Shown here: piece by piece, positions 18,463 through 28,558 of the stretch
How the letters are laid out: the number at the start of each line of letters is the position of its first letter
Numbering within the stretch: position 1 is the first letter of the stretch
Assembly: GCA_963818505.1 (NCBI GenBank)
Contig: CAWFSJ010000001.1
Coordinates: 372,348-436,347 of the forward strand
Source: an uncultured Actinomycetota bacterium
Lineage (GTDB): Bacteria; Actinomycetota; Actinomycetes; S36-B12; UBA10799
Reading direction: 5' to 3'
DNA length: 64,000 nucleotides
The notes under the pieces: generated by a model
What the model saw: only the letters and a program-made list of their open reading frames with translations
The model's database searches: none
What the model was told of the DNA's origin: nothing
Position numbers and translations under genes: made by a program

Positions 18463-20642
18463 CCAGGATCGATGTGGTCCGGCGAACCGTAGCCGTGGCG
18501 ATCATGTGTCTGGGTGCAACTGCGGTGTTCATCCGGCTCTTCGGGATCACGCCGGTCCTGGCACGACTCTTCCCTGTGATCATCTTGTGCTGCGTGGGCT
18601 ACGCGCTGGGTACAGCGGGCGGTCAGCGGGTACAGCGCGGCATGGGGGCTCTTGTCGGTCTGCTCACCACGGTGATCGGCAGCGTCGTGCTCGGCGCCAT
18701 GACGATCCCCAACCAGGATGGCAATGTTGGGATCGGCAACTTCTTCGGCGGACTCGTCGAGGGGTTCGGGCTGATCATCAGTTCGGTCGTTCCGGCCCCG
18801 GTAAATGCCGAGACAATCACGGCCGCGATCCTGCTGAGCGCCTACGGGACTCTCGTCGCCTGCCTGCTGGTGACCACGTTCCTGCCAGCCTCGTCGCTGC
18901 TGCCAGCCACGGTGATCTTCGTCATGGGGTTGATGCTGTCGCAGGGTTCGGCGATCAGCCCTCTACCGTTCGCGGCCGCTTTCGTTGCCAGTGTGGTTGC
19001 AGGACTGGCTCTCATGCCGGCCGCGAAACAACAGAACAGGATTGAGGACGGCGCGGAGTTCGCAGACGTCGAAACCACCGCTCGCCCGGGCCGCCCGTTG
19101 CGGGTGGGCATGGTGACCGTGGCCGCCGTCCTGATCGCGGTGCTGGCGGCGGCTCTTGGCCCCGTGACCGGCATCGGCTCGCTGCGCACGGCCTTCGACC
19201 CGCACAAGAAGGAGAACTTCCGCCCGGACACCGACCTCGATGGCGACGATGTCGTGTCGCTGGCCACGAAATGGCAGACGTTGCGCCGCGAGGAGCCCTT
19301 CGACGTCTTCACCGTGACCGGTCCGAACATCCCTTCTGCTGTGAACTGGTCGATAAACTCCAAGTTCGACGGGATCGCATGGAGCAGCCTGACGACATTC
19401 GACCAGGTGGGCGAGGAGGGCATCCCCTACGAGGGGCCTCGGCCCCGCTACACAATCGACGGCAGCACGGGCTTCGAAACCGGAGCCGGGCTGCCCGGGC
19501 CATGGCTGCCCGCGAGTTTCAGACCCACGAATGTCACCGGGGCGTTGAGCCGCGCCGACCCGGAGGGCACCGTCGTCGCCGGTGACGACAAGGGCGCCGA
19601 CAAGCAGTACCAGGTCGATTTCCGGGCCCTGGCGCTGCGCTCGCTGGAACCTTTGGACACCGCCCGCCCCGTGGACAGTCCAGAGTTCGGCACGCTGCGT
19701 GAGTTGCCGACCGGCTTCCCGCAGGAGTTGGTCTTCTTCGCGGCCAGTGCCATGGCCCGCGGAACCACCCCCTACGAGAAACTCGAGGCGCTCGCGGACA
19801 TCCTGTCATCACCGCCCTACGAGGAGAAAGTCGATTCGGTCCAGAACTCCCTGACGAATGAGGCGCTGCTGAACCTTGTACTCACATCGAGAACCGGCAC
19901 GCAGGCCCAGTACGCGACCGCTTTCGCAATGATGGCGCGCAGCCAGGGATTCCCCACCAGATTGGTCGTCGGCTACTCCACAGCGGGCAAAGCCGACACC
20001 CGGACCATCAAATCGACCGATGTACTGATCTACCCAGAGGTGGAACTGACGAAAGTGGGCTGGGTGCCGTTCGCCCCGGGCCCTCGGGACCTGGCACGTG
20101 GCGTTCCGGTGGTGCAGAGGTTCAAACCGCCGAAGCAGGACAAGCCCCCCAAGGAGACGCCAACCCCGACGCCAACTCCTACACCCACGCCCAGCGAGAC
20201 CGAAAAGCCCGACGAATCCAGCGGCGGTCTCAACCTTGCCGTGTTCCTCGTGCCCTTGCTGGTGGTCCTTCTATTGGTGGGCTGGCCGCTGCTGGTCACC
20301 TGGAGACGCTCCCGCATCCGCGCGGGACTCAACGCCGGAACCGACGATCAGCGCGTTGTGGGTGCATGGTCGTATGCACGCTGGTCCTCGCGGCGACTTG
20401 GTCAGGCCATGGATGACACGGTCTCGCCGGCGAGCTATGCGGCCGACCCCAACACTGAGCCCAAACTCGCGTCGCTGGCAGGTCTGGCCGAGACAGCGAT
20501 GTACGCCCCCGAACAACTCAGTTCTGATCAGGCCAATCATGCGTGGGAACTGTCAGACGACGTTGTCGCAGTCCGTGTTCGCCGTTCGGCATGGACACGC
20601 AGGCTCCGCTGGTGGCTGATCCCGTCGCGCGGTCCCCGCTGA
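18459..20642 (+). CDS. TgpA-like membrane transglutaminase-domain protein, triad degenerate
   Basis: N-terminal TMs; YATAFAMMARSQGFPTRLVVGY...PEV...GWVPF; PT-repeat linker; C-terminal TM. Confidence 0.88.
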   Translation: MTRIDVVRRTVAVAIMCLGATAVFIRLFGITPVLARLFPVIILCCVGYALGTAGGQRVQRGMGALVGLLTTVIGSVVLGAMTIPNQDGNVGIGNFFGGLVEGFGLIISSVVPAPVNAETITAAILLSAYGTLVACLLVTTFLPASSLLPATVIFVMGLMLSQGSAISPLPFAAAFVASVVAGLALMPAAKQQNRIEDGAEFADVETTARPGRPLRVGMVTVAAVLIAVLAAALGPVTGIGSLRTAFDPHKKENFRPDTDLDGDDVVSLATKWQTLRREEPFDVFTVTGPNIPSAVNWSINSKFDGIAWSSLTTFDQVGEEGIPYEGPRPRYTIDGSTGFETGAGLPGPWLPASFRPTNVTGALSRADPEGTVVAGDDKGADKQYQVDFRALALRSLEPLDTARPVDSPEFGTLRELPTGFPQELVFFAASAMARGTTPYEKLEALADILSSPPYEEKVDSVQNSLTNEALLNLVLTSRTGTQAQYATAFAMMARSQGFPTRLVVGYSTAGKADTRTIKSTDVLIYPEVELTKVGWVPFAPGPRDLARGVPVVQRFKPPKQDKPPKETPTPTPTPTPTPSETEKPDESSGGLNLAVFLVPLLVVLLLVGWPLLVTWRRSRIRAGLNAGTDDQRVVGAWSYARWSSRRLGQAMDDTVSPASYAADPNTEPKLASLAGLAETAMYAPEQLSSDQANHAWELSDDVVAVRVRRSAWTRRLRWWLIPSRGPR

Positions 20643-20685
20643 TCGGCGGATGCACCGCCGACACGAACGACCTACCGTGGTAGTC

Positions 20686-21120
20686 ATGCACAAGAGTCCC
20701 GCTGATGACACCGCTCAGTTCCCGCAACGCAAGTCCGAGGAGCAGTGGCGCGTCGAGTTGAGCCCACAGGAGTATCACGTTCTGCGCGAGGCCGGGACTG
20801 AGCGTGCCTTCAGCGGCGAGTACACGGACACGGAGGATGTCGGGGTGTACTCGTGCCGGGCGTGCGGGGCCGAGTTGTTCCGCTCGTCGGAGAAGTTCCA
20901 CTCGGGGTGCGGGTGGCCGTCGTTCTTCTCGCCGCTGGCCGGTGACTCCATCGTCGAGATCGAGGACCGCACCATGGGCATGGTTCGCACGGAGGTCCGG
21001 TGCGCCTCCTGCGGTTCACACCTAGGCCATGTCTTCGCCGGTGAGGGCTACGCAACACCGACCGACCTTCGGTACTGCATCAACTCGGTCTCGCTGCGAC
21101 TCGAGCCGGAAGGCTCCTGA
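20686..21120 (+). CDS. msrB: Peptide methionine-R-sulfoxide reductase
   Basis: GTERAFSGEY, KFHSGCGWPSF, HLGHVF, RYCINS. Confidence 0.97.
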   Translation: MHKSPADDTAQFPQRKSEEQWRVELSPQEYHVLREAGTERAFSGEYTDTEDVGVYSCRACGAELFRSSEKFHSGCGWPSFFSPLAGDSIVEIEDRTMGMVRTEVRCASCGSHLGHVFAGEGYATPTDLRYCINSVSLRLEPEGS

Positions 21121-21128
21121 CGCGTCGG

Positions 21129-21824
21129 CTACGGCAGTCGTTCCAACAGGTCCGGCAGATCCCACCTGCGGCCGGTGTAGAACGGTATCTCCTCGCGCAC
21201 GTGCAATCGAGCGCGTGACCCGCGCAGATGACGCATGAGATCCACGATGCGGTACAACTGCTCTGCCTCGAAGGCCAACAGCCACTCATAGTCGGACAGC
21301 GCGAACGTGGCGACGGTGTTCGCACGCACATCGGGGTAACCACGTGCCATTCCACCGTGCTCTGCCAGAAGTTCCCGCCGCTCGGCGTCGGGGAGCAGGT
21401 ACCACTCGAAACTGCGCACGAACGGGTAGACGCAGACGTAGTCAAGGGCCTGTTCCTCGGCCATGAAAGCCGGGATGTGCGACTTGTTGAACTCAGCCGG
21501 CCGGTGCAACGCCTGAACCGACCAAACAGGCTGCAATCGCTGGCCCAAAGTGGTGGAACGTACCGCGTGATAGGCCGCTTGCAGCGTCTCGCTCTCGTCG
21601 CTGTGCCACCACACCATGAGATCCGCGTCCGCACGCAGACCTCCCACGTCGTACCAACCCCGGGTCACAAGATCACCCTTGACAGCGCCGAGTTCGCGTT
21701 CGATCTCCTCGACGAGATCCTGCCTGCGCGGGCCCAGTTGTCCGGTCACCGAGAAGACCGAGATCTGCATGTACCGGATCGTGTCGTTGATGCGGCGCGT
21801 GGCGGCCGCTTTCGATTCAACCAT
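21129..21824 (-). CDS. hemQ: Coproheme decarboxylase (ChdC)
   Basis: [32 protein letters not shown]; in an operon with hemG and hemE. Confidence 0.95.
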   Translation of the reverse strand: MVESKAAATRRINDTIRYMQISVFSVTGQLGPRRQDLVEEIERELGAVKGDLVTRGWYDVGGLRADADLMVWWHSDESETLQAAYHAVRSTTLGQRLQPVWSVQALHRPAEFNKSHIPAFMAEEQALDYVCVYPFVRSFEWYLLPDAERRELLAEHGGMARGYPDVRANTVATFALSDYEWLLAFEAEQLYRIVDLMRHLRGSRARLHVREEIPFYTGRRWDLPDLLERLP

Positions 21825-23274
21825 GTGCCCATTCTCTGCGTTCTGCCAATTGCTGCAGCACGGTGCTCACGGCCGCCTGGGCCGAGCCGATGCAGGCAGC
21901 GATACCGACCCCCTCGTACGCGGCACCACACACGGCCAGTCCAGGGCTGTTCAGCAACCACTCGCGAGCGTCGGCGACCCTGGTCCGGTGGCCGACGTTG
22001 TACTGCGGCAGGCCCATTTCCCAGCGCGTCACGGCCTGCAGAGCAGGACGGCGGGGCAATCCAATAAGGCCGTGGATGTCTTCGGCGGCAGTGCGAGCCA
22101 GTTCCGTGTCGGACTGGCTGTCGGTGATGGGGTCGCCAGCACGGCCAAGGGAAGCCCGCAGGATGACCAGGCCGTCAGGCGCGGCACTTCGTGCATGACG
22201 CGACACCCAACTCCACTTCGAACTCGAGTAGGTCACGCCCTTGACCGATCGGCCCTCAACCGGGGGCACCAGGAAGCCGCTGCCATGCAGAAGTCGCGCC
22301 TCGGCAGCGGGATAGCCCAGCGTGACGACTGCAACGTCTGCGTACTCGACGGATCGCAGTTCGTCCGCGGCTGAACGGTTGATCGGCTCCAGCAGCGCCC
22401 CGGTCACGGGGGCGGGAGTCGCGAACAGAACCGCGTCGGCAGTGTGTGTGACGTACTTGCCGCGACCGTCGCCCACCACGACATCCCAGCGGTTCGCGCG
22501 GCTGCGGACCTGCTGCACCACAGCAGATGTACGCAGTTCAACTCCACGGCCCCGCAAACCGTTCACAAGCGCCCCTGGCAGCTGACCGACGCCGCCTTCC
22601 AGGCCGACGAAGATCGGCCCCTTGCGCGGGCCCATCGTCTTCTTACCGTCCTCCAGCACCGACCGGGCCGACTCGATGGCCGATCGACGTTGACTTGCCG
22701 CGCGGTAGAGCGCCGGTACGGTCATCTGCAGGCTCAGGTTCTCCGATCTACCGGCGTAGACCCCACCAAGCATCGGCTCCACGAGCCTTTCAGTGACCTC
22801 GGTGCCCAATCGTGTGCTCACGTAGTCGCCGACGGAGACATCCCCGTGCAACATCGTTCGCGGGATCACATGATCCAGCGGAAGCCGCAGTAGACCCGGC
22901 AGCGACAAGATCCCACTGGCCGCCAGTTTGCGCAGGTCCGTGGGTACTCCAGTCAGCAGCCCACGCGGAATAGCGCGCATCTTCCCCCGGCTGTAGATCG
23001 CGGCCGAGGTGGTGGCAGCAGGCACAGTCTCCAGACCCAGTTCCCGACACAGGTTGGCGGCCTCCGGACGGGTGGCCAGCATCGACTCTGCTCCCACGTC
23101 GACGCTGAGCCCACCGAACTCCTTGGTCCGCAACTTGCCGCCGAAGTAGTCGGCTGACTCCAGAACGGTGACTGTGGCTCGAGGACCGTTCGGTCCCTGG
23201 GTCAAGAACCAGGCCGCGGCCAGACCACTGATCCCGCCTCCGACGATCACGACATGAGGCAATTCGGGATTCAC
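21817..23274 (-). CDS. hemG: Coproporphyrinogen/protoporphyrinogen oxidase (HemY/CgoX)
   Basis: [42 protein letters not shown]. Confidence 0.95.
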   Translation of the reverse strand: MNPELPHVVIVGGGISGLAAAWFLTQGPNGPRATVTVLESADYFGGKLRTKEFGGLSVDVGAESMLATRPEAANLCRELGLETVPAATTSAAIYSRGKMRAIPRGLLTGVPTDLRKLAASGILSLPGLLRLPLDHVIPRTMLHGDVSVGDYVSTRLGTEVTERLVEPMLGGVYAGRSENLSLQMTVPALYRAASQRRSAIESARSVLEDGKKTMGPRKGPIFVGLEGGVGQLPGALVNGLRGRGVELRTSAVVQQVRSRANRWDVVVGDGRGKYVTHTADAVLFATPAPVTGALLEPINRSAADELRSVEYADVAVVTLGYPAAEARLLHGSGFLVPPVEGRSVKGVTYSSSKWSWVSRHARSAAPDGLVILRASLGRAGDPITDSQSDTELARTAAEDIHGLIGLPRRPALQAVTRWEMGLPQYNVGHRTRVADAREWLLNSPGLAVCGAAYEGVGIAACIGSAQAAVSTVLQQLAERREWAHG

Positions 23275-24353
23275 ATCCGCTCCTCTCCCATGGGCTCGCC
23301 GTAGGTCCGCACCGCGTCAACCGCCGCGGTTACCAACTCCGCGGGCGTGGCCGGCAAAACCCCGTGTCCCAGGTTGAAGATGTGCCCTTTCAGACCGCGT
23401 CCGCTGGCGAGTACGCGCTTGACCTCCCGGTCGATGGTCGGCACGTCGGTGAGCAAGACGGTCGGGTCCAGGTTGCCCTGGAGCGGCATCCGAGAACGGA
23501 TTGCGGGGTCCACATCCTGGAGGTCGATCCGGAAGTCGACTCCCAAGACGTCGCACCCTGCATCGGCCATCTCCGGGGCCAGATGATTGGCACCCACCGC
23601 GAAGTGAACCTTCGGCACTGCGAGATCTGCGACCCGCTCGAACACCGACCGACTGTGCGACGCCACGTGCTCCACATAGAGCCGCCGCGGAAGCGCACCC
23701 ACCCACGAGTCGAACAGCTGGATCGCACTGGCCCCTGCGAGGATCTGCGTGCGCAGGAATCCGGCTGCCAGGTCCGCCAGGCGGGCCAGCAGATCGCCGA
23801 ACAACTCGGGCTCACGCACGATCATGGCCTTGGTTCTGGGCAGGTCCCTGGATGGACCACCTTCGATCAGGTACGACGCAACGGTGAAAGGCGCTCCTGC
23901 AAATCCGATAAGGGGGGTACCGGCCAGCTCGGCCACCGTGTTGGCGACACCGGCGGCGATCGCGTCGAACATTCCCGGCTCGGGTGCGGGGATGCGGTCG
24001 AGGTCGGCACGGGTCAGGAAGGGCTCAGCAACTACGGGTCCGACCCCGGGCGTGATGACGACATCGACGCCGGCCGCTCGGACGGGTACAACGATGTCGC
24101 TGAAGAAGATCGCCGCGTCCACGCCGTGTCTGCGTACAGGCTGCAGCGTGATCTCGGCGGCGAGCGCGGGATCGAAGCACGCGTCCAGCATGGGGATGCC
24201 GGCACGGAGCTCGCGGTACTCAGGCAATGAGCGCCCAGCTTGACGCATGAACCACACAGGGGGTCGGTCCACCGGCCGCGCCTGCATCGCGCGGATCAGC
24301 CTGCTGTCGGCAGTGTTCTGGGCGTGCCACGGGTGGTCTTGAGCAAGTGTCAC
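23271..24353 (-). CDS. hemE: Uroporphyrinogen decarboxylase
   Basis: PVWFMRQAGRSLPEYR, FSDI, GAPFTVASY, QGNLDP, IFNLGHG. Confidence 0.97.
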   Translation of the reverse strand: MTLAQDHPWHAQNTADSRLIRAMQARPVDRPPVWFMRQAGRSLPEYRELRAGIPMLDACFDPALAAEITLQPVRRHGVDAAIFFSDIVVPVRAAGVDVVITPGVGPVVAEPFLTRADLDRIPAPEPGMFDAIAAGVANTVAELAGTPLIGFAGAPFTVASYLIEGGPSRDLPRTKAMIVREPELFGDLLARLADLAAGFLRTQILAGASAIQLFDSWVGALPRRLYVEHVASHSRSVFERVADLAVPKVHFAVGANHLAPEMADAGCDVLGVDFRIDLQDVDPAIRSRMPLQGNLDPTVLLTDVPTIDREVKRVLASGRGLKGHIFNLGHGVLPATPAELVTAAVDAVRTYGEPMGEERM

Positions 24354-24371
24354 CCCTTGATCGTGGCATGG

Positions 24372-24764
24372 TCACGACACGATCAGAGCGACCCCTCCCA
24401 ATGCCAGCGCCTCGGCGACGTACTGGATCTGCTTGAGCCGCTCGCCCAGTAGGCGCCACGCCATCAGCACAGTTGCCACCGGGTAGACCGAACCGATCAC
24501 AGAAACCAGTCAGAGGGCTCCCATGGCGGTGGCCGCGTAGACAAGGTTCGCCGACGCACCGAGGACGCCGATCGCGGCCAGCAGCCCGAGATCGCGTCGG
24601 TTCGCGATGCTCTGCCGACGGCCGCCCAGCAATGCCACTATCGCGTCGACGACCAGGATCGTCACCGTGCTGGCCCGCATTGCGGTCGTCGCCTCGTCAC
24701 CGCTCAACAGCCCCAGAACCACGGGACACATGCGTGCCCCACGCGAAGCTGCTGATGAACGCAA
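24372..24764 (-). pseudogene. EamA-family transporter remnant (C-terminal half with an in-frame stop)
   Basis: ...ANLVYAATAMGAL*LVSVIGSVYPVATVLMAWRLLGERL...; TGA at 24510-24512; N-terminal half absent. Confidence 0.7.
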
Positions 24765-24839
24765 GCAGGCCAGCCGTACCGGGACACGCTAATCACGCGA
24801 ACCCGCCTCCATCGCGCCTGAGCGACTTATGGTGGCAGC

Positions 24840-25394
24840 GTGACCACGAACCGCGAGCAGTTCTCCGAAGCCATTGCGGCGATCGGTGATGTCGTGGTGC
24901 ATCCCGAGATCGAGATCAGCGAGGCCCCCGCGCCCGGCCGGTTGGCACCCTTCGCGCATGCCGTCACCGCCCAGATCGGACTCGATCCGGAGGTGGGTTC
25001 CGGGCGCTTCGTGTTACTGCACGACCCGACGCACCCACCGGCTTGGGACTCCGACTGCCGTGTCGTTGTCTATGTCGAAGCTGACATCGACGCTGAGATG
25101 GAACAGGACCAACTGCTCACCGACGTGGGCTGGACCTGGGTCCAGGAGTGCCTCGCGGACGCCGGGCTGGGCTACCAAGCCCTCGGCGGCACGGTGACCG
25201 CCACCCGATCGACTTCTTACGAGGCCCTGTCGGCCCGCGGACACGAGAACAGCATCCAGATTCGCGCGTCCTGGTCACCCGAACGGGTGAGCGATGTACC
25301 GGAGCACTACGGGGTGTGGCTGGACCTCATGCAGACCTGCGCGGGGCTGCCACCGCACCATCCGGGGGTCAGCCATATAGGTGACATCTCCTGA
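24840..25394 (+). CDS. DUF3000-family protein
   Basis: PAPGRLAP, SGRFVLLHDP, GGTVT, IRASWSP; typical position between hemE and rnd. Confidence 0.9.
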   Translation: MTTNREQFSEAIAAIGDVVVHPEIEISEAPAPGRLAPFAHAVTAQIGLDPEVGSGRFVLLHDPTHPPAWDSDCRVVVYVEADIDAEMEQDQLLTDVGWTWVQECLADAGLGYQALGGTVTATRSTSYEALSARGHENSIQIRASWSPERVSDVPEHYGVWLDLMQTCAGLPPHHPGVSHIGDIS

Positions 25395-25467
25395 TCGGAT
25401 CGGCCCCGGCTAAAGTCGCGTGCCCTGAGCGTCGATGCACTGATTACCACCAGTGCAGGAGGTCATC

Positions 25468-26064
25468 ATGGGTGCTGTCGTCGTACTGCCGACAATGTCC
25501 GTGGCAACTCCGCGCCGGACGCGGGTCACGAGCCTGTTCATCGGCGAAAGCCACACACATGACCTGGCAGACGCGGCCAAGAACCTGGGCGCGAGCACGA
25601 CTGTCATGGCCACTGCCCACGAGGCCAAGCACTACGCCGACCGAAGTTCCGCACCCGACACGTGCTTCGTCGTCACTCCACTGTCCGACGGTCCGGTCCT
25701 TCCCCTCATCCGCATGTTGAGGCAACGCGGATGGATGCAGGTCGGAGTCCTCTCGGGCAAAGCTGATGCGCGAGCCATCCATTCGGCTCTGCTGACCGGC
25801 GTCCGGATGGTCGTGGTGCGACCGGCCGAGTCCCCTGCCAGGCGTCGGGTCAATCCGTCGAAGGACGGCATTCGCATCAGCGCACGCGAACTCGAGGTCC
25901 TGACGATGGTGGCCGATGGCCAGACCAACCGCGAGATCGGCGAGCACCTCGGGCTGTCAGCGCTCACCGTCAAGTCGCACCTTGCCCGCATCGCCCGCAA
26001 ACTCGGCTCTGGGGACAGGGCCCAGATGGTGGCCACCGCGATCCGCAGGGGCTACATAGGCTGA
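25468..26064 (+). CDS. LuxR-family regulator with an atypical receiver domain
   Basis: AGGAGG RBS; SARELEVL...LSALTVKSHLARI HTH. Confidence 0.88.
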   Translation: MGAVVVLPTMSVATPRRTRVTSLFIGESHTHDLADAAKNLGASTTVMATAHEAKHYADRSSAPDTCFVVTPLSDGPVLPLIRMLRQRGWMQVGVLSGKADARAIHSALLTGVRMVVVRPAESPARRRVNPSKDGIRISARELEVLTMVADGQTNREIGEHLGLSALTVKSHLARIARKLGSGDRAQMVATAIRRGYIG

Positions 26065-26106
26065 GCCTGCGCCATCCTGGCCACCTGCATGCGTAGGTTG
26101 GCTTCC

Positions 26107-27252
26107 GTGAGTACTTCGCAGGCAGGGGCCCCCGCAGTGGTGGGCTCCCCGGATGCACTGCACACCGCTGTCGAGTCTCTTGCGCACGCCACGGGCCCCA
26201 TCGGGGTGGATGCGGAGCGTGCCGGCAGCTACCGCTACAGCCAGCGCGCGTATCTGATACAGGTCTACCGACCCGGGGCTCCCGTGCTGTTGCTCGACCC
26301 GATCCCACTGGCGGATCTGCGCGAGCTGTGCGCAGTGCTCGACGATGCCGAGTGGGTGATGCAGGCCGCCCATAACGACCTGGACTGCCTGGCCGAGATC
26401 GGCCTGCGACCCAAAGCCCTGTTCGACACGGAGGTCGCCGCCCAACTGCTCGGCATGGAGAAGGTCGGGCTCGCGTCACTGGTTGAGTCCGAACTCGGGC
26501 GCACGATGCGCAAGTCGCACGGGCAGGCGGACTGGTCGCGTCGGCCACTGCGTCCTAGTTGGCTGGATTACGCGGCCCTGGACGTCGAGGTTCTGCCAGA
26601 CCTGCGCGAGTCCCTGGCCGCGCGCCTGGAGGAGGCCGGCAAGACGCAGTGGGCGGCTGCGGAGTTCACCCACCAGATGCGAGAGCGAACCCCACCGGAC
26701 CCCGAGCAGAGATGGCGACGGACCAACGGTGCCGGACGGTTGCGCACGGACGCGCAGCGAGGGGCTCTGCGCGCCCTCTGGTTCACCCGCGATGAACTCG
26801 CCCGCGAGCGTGACGTCGCAGTCCACCGGATCCTTCGCGATCCGGTCATGGTCGACGTCGCCAAGGCGCTGCCAACCGACATCGAGCAACTGCGCGCTGT
26901 CAGTGACGTGCCGGAACCGGTGCTGCGTCACCATGCCCGCTGGCTGGACGCGGTAGCCCGCGGGATCGCTGATCCGGTGCGACCGCTGCCTCGCACCGAC
27001 GGTCCCCCGGCTCGCACCTTGAAGGCCTGGGAGCAGCGCGACCCACAGGCGGCCGTGCGCTGGGTGGCCCTGCGCGAAGCTGTGACGCAGCGCGCCCTGG
27101 ACTTGCAGGTCTGGACCCAGACGCTGCTGGCCCCGGATGTCGTGGCCGACCTTGCGTGGAACGAGCCGACCGACGTGGCGCAGCGCATGCGAGAACTCGG
27201 CGTGCGGGATTGGCAGATCGAGCACACATTGGATCTGTTCGAACCGAAGTAG
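26107..27252 (+). CDS. rnd: Ribonuclease D (DEDD exonuclease plus HRDC)
   Basis: GVDAERA, LFDTEVA, ADWSRRPL, YAALDVE. Confidence 0.92.
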   Translation: MSTSQAGAPAVVGSPDALHTAVESLAHATGPIGVDAERAGSYRYSQRAYLIQVYRPGAPVLLLDPIPLADLRELCAVLDDAEWVMQAAHNDLDCLAEIGLRPKALFDTEVAAQLLGMEKVGLASLVESELGRTMRKSHGQADWSRRPLRPSWLDYAALDVEVLPDLRESLAARLEEAGKTQWAAAEFTHQMRERTPPDPEQRWRRTNGAGRLRTDAQRGALRALWFTRDELARERDVAVHRILRDPVMVDVAKALPTDIEQLRAVSDVPEPVLRHHARWLDAVARGIADPVRPLPRTDGPPARTLKAWEQRDPQAAVRWVALREAVTQRALDLQVWTQTLLAPDVVADLAWNEPTDVAQRMRELGVRDWQIEHTLDLFEPK

Positions 27253-27290
27253 CCCCCACCGCGATGTCGCGGTACCCCCTCCCGGCATGT

Positions 27291-27308
27291 TGCTACTGGC
27301 GAGTAACA
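27291..27308. promoter_or_regulatory. Palindromic operator upstream of fadAB
   Basis: TGCTACT-GGCG-AGTAACA (one mismatch), next to a CATAAT -10-like hexamer. Confidence 0.55.
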
Positions 27309-27351
27309 TAATGCCCAAACTGGGTTTCCATATGCCCCGCAGGAGGTCGTG

Positions 27352-28554
27352 ATGCCACAGGCTGGTCGCAATGTCGTTCTCGTAGACGGAGCCCGAACAC
27401 CGTTCGGCAAGTCCGGGCCCAAGGGCCTCTACGCCGAAACCCGCGCCGACGACATGGTCGTGCGCGTGATTCGGGAACTGATCCGGCGCAATCCCAACTT
27501 GCCGCCGGAGCGCATCGATGAGGTAGCGATTGCGGCAACCACTCAGATCGGCGACCAAGGACTGACCATCGGGCGAAGCGCCGCACTGCTGGCAGGGCTG
27601 CCGAAGTCGGTACCCGGCTACTCGATCGACCGGATGTGCGCAGGAGCCCTGACAGCGGCGACGTCGGTGTCCGCCGGAATCGGCGTGGGTGCCTACGACG
27701 TGGCCGTCGCCGCCGGGGTCGAGCACATGGGCCGCCACCCCATGGGAGAGGGTGTGGATCCCAACCCCCGCTTCCTGGCGGAGAAGATCGTCGACCCGGA
27801 GGCGTTGCTGATGGGCAAGACCGCCGAGAACCTACACGACCGGTTCCCGCAGCTGACCAAGGAACGCTCCGACGCATTCGCCGTGGCCTCCCAGGAGAAG
27901 ACCGCAAAGGCCTACGCCGACGGGAAGATCCAGCCGGACCTGGTACCCATGTCGTTGCGATCAGCTGAGAAGGGCTACGGCCTGGCCACCGTGGACGAGC
28001 CCCCGCGACCCGGGACGTCCATGGAATCGCTGGCTGCCCTGAAGACACCCTTCCGCCCGCACGGGCGGGTCACAGCGGGCAACGCCGCAGGGCTCAACGA
28101 CGGTGCCACCGGCGCGATTCTTGCTGCCGAGGAAGTGGCCGACGAACTGGGTCTGGACAAGAAGCTGCGCATGGTCTCCTTCGCGTTCGCCGGTGTGGAG
28201 CCCGAAGTCATGGGTTACGGACCGGTGCCGAGCACCGAAAAGGCTCTGGCCAAAGCCGGACTCAGCATCGACGACATCGGAATGTTCGAGATCAACGAGG
28301 CGTTCGCGGTGCAGGTTCTCAGCTTCCTGGACCACTACGGCATCCCCGACGACGACGCCAGAGTGAACCCGATGGGTGGGGCGATCGCGGTCGGGCACCC
28401 ACTGGCCTCCAGCGGCATCCGTCTGATGACCTACCTGGCCCGGGACTTCGCCGACCACCCGGAGGTCCGGTACGGGATCACGACCATGTGCATCGGCCTT
28501 GGAATGGGCGGCACGGTCATCTGGGAGAACCCCAACTACAAGCAGGAGGCCTGA
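27352..28554 (+). CDS. fadA: 3-ketoacyl-CoA thiolase
   Basis: IDRMCAG, EINEAFA, GGAIAVGHPL, TMCIGLGMG. Confidence 0.95.
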   Translation: MPQAGRNVVLVDGARTPFGKSGPKGLYAETRADDMVVRVIRELIRRNPNLPPERIDEVAIAATTQIGDQGLTIGRSAALLAGLPKSVPGYSIDRMCAGALTAATSVSAGIGVGAYDVAVAAGVEHMGRHPMGEGVDPNPRFLAEKIVDPEALLMGKTAENLHDRFPQLTKERSDAFAVASQEKTAKAYADGKIQPDLVPMSLRSAEKGYGLATVDEPPRPGTSMESLAALKTPFRPHGRVTAGNAAGLNDGATGAILAAEEVADELGLDKKLRMVSFAFAGVEPEVMGYGPVPSTEKALAKAGLSIDDIGMFEINEAFAVQVLSFLDHYGIPDDDARVNPMGGAIAVGHPLASSGIRLMTYLARDFADHPEVRYGITTMCIGLGMGGTVIWENPNYKQEA

Positions 28555-28558
28555 GACC

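Noticed and set aside
20157-20195. Short tandem repeat
   Set aside because: It encodes an ordinary Pro-Thr linker.
24510-24512. Selenocysteine or readthrough at the in-frame TGA
   Set aside because: The position corresponds to a non-catalytic residue in a truncated transporter; a nonsense mutation is simpler.
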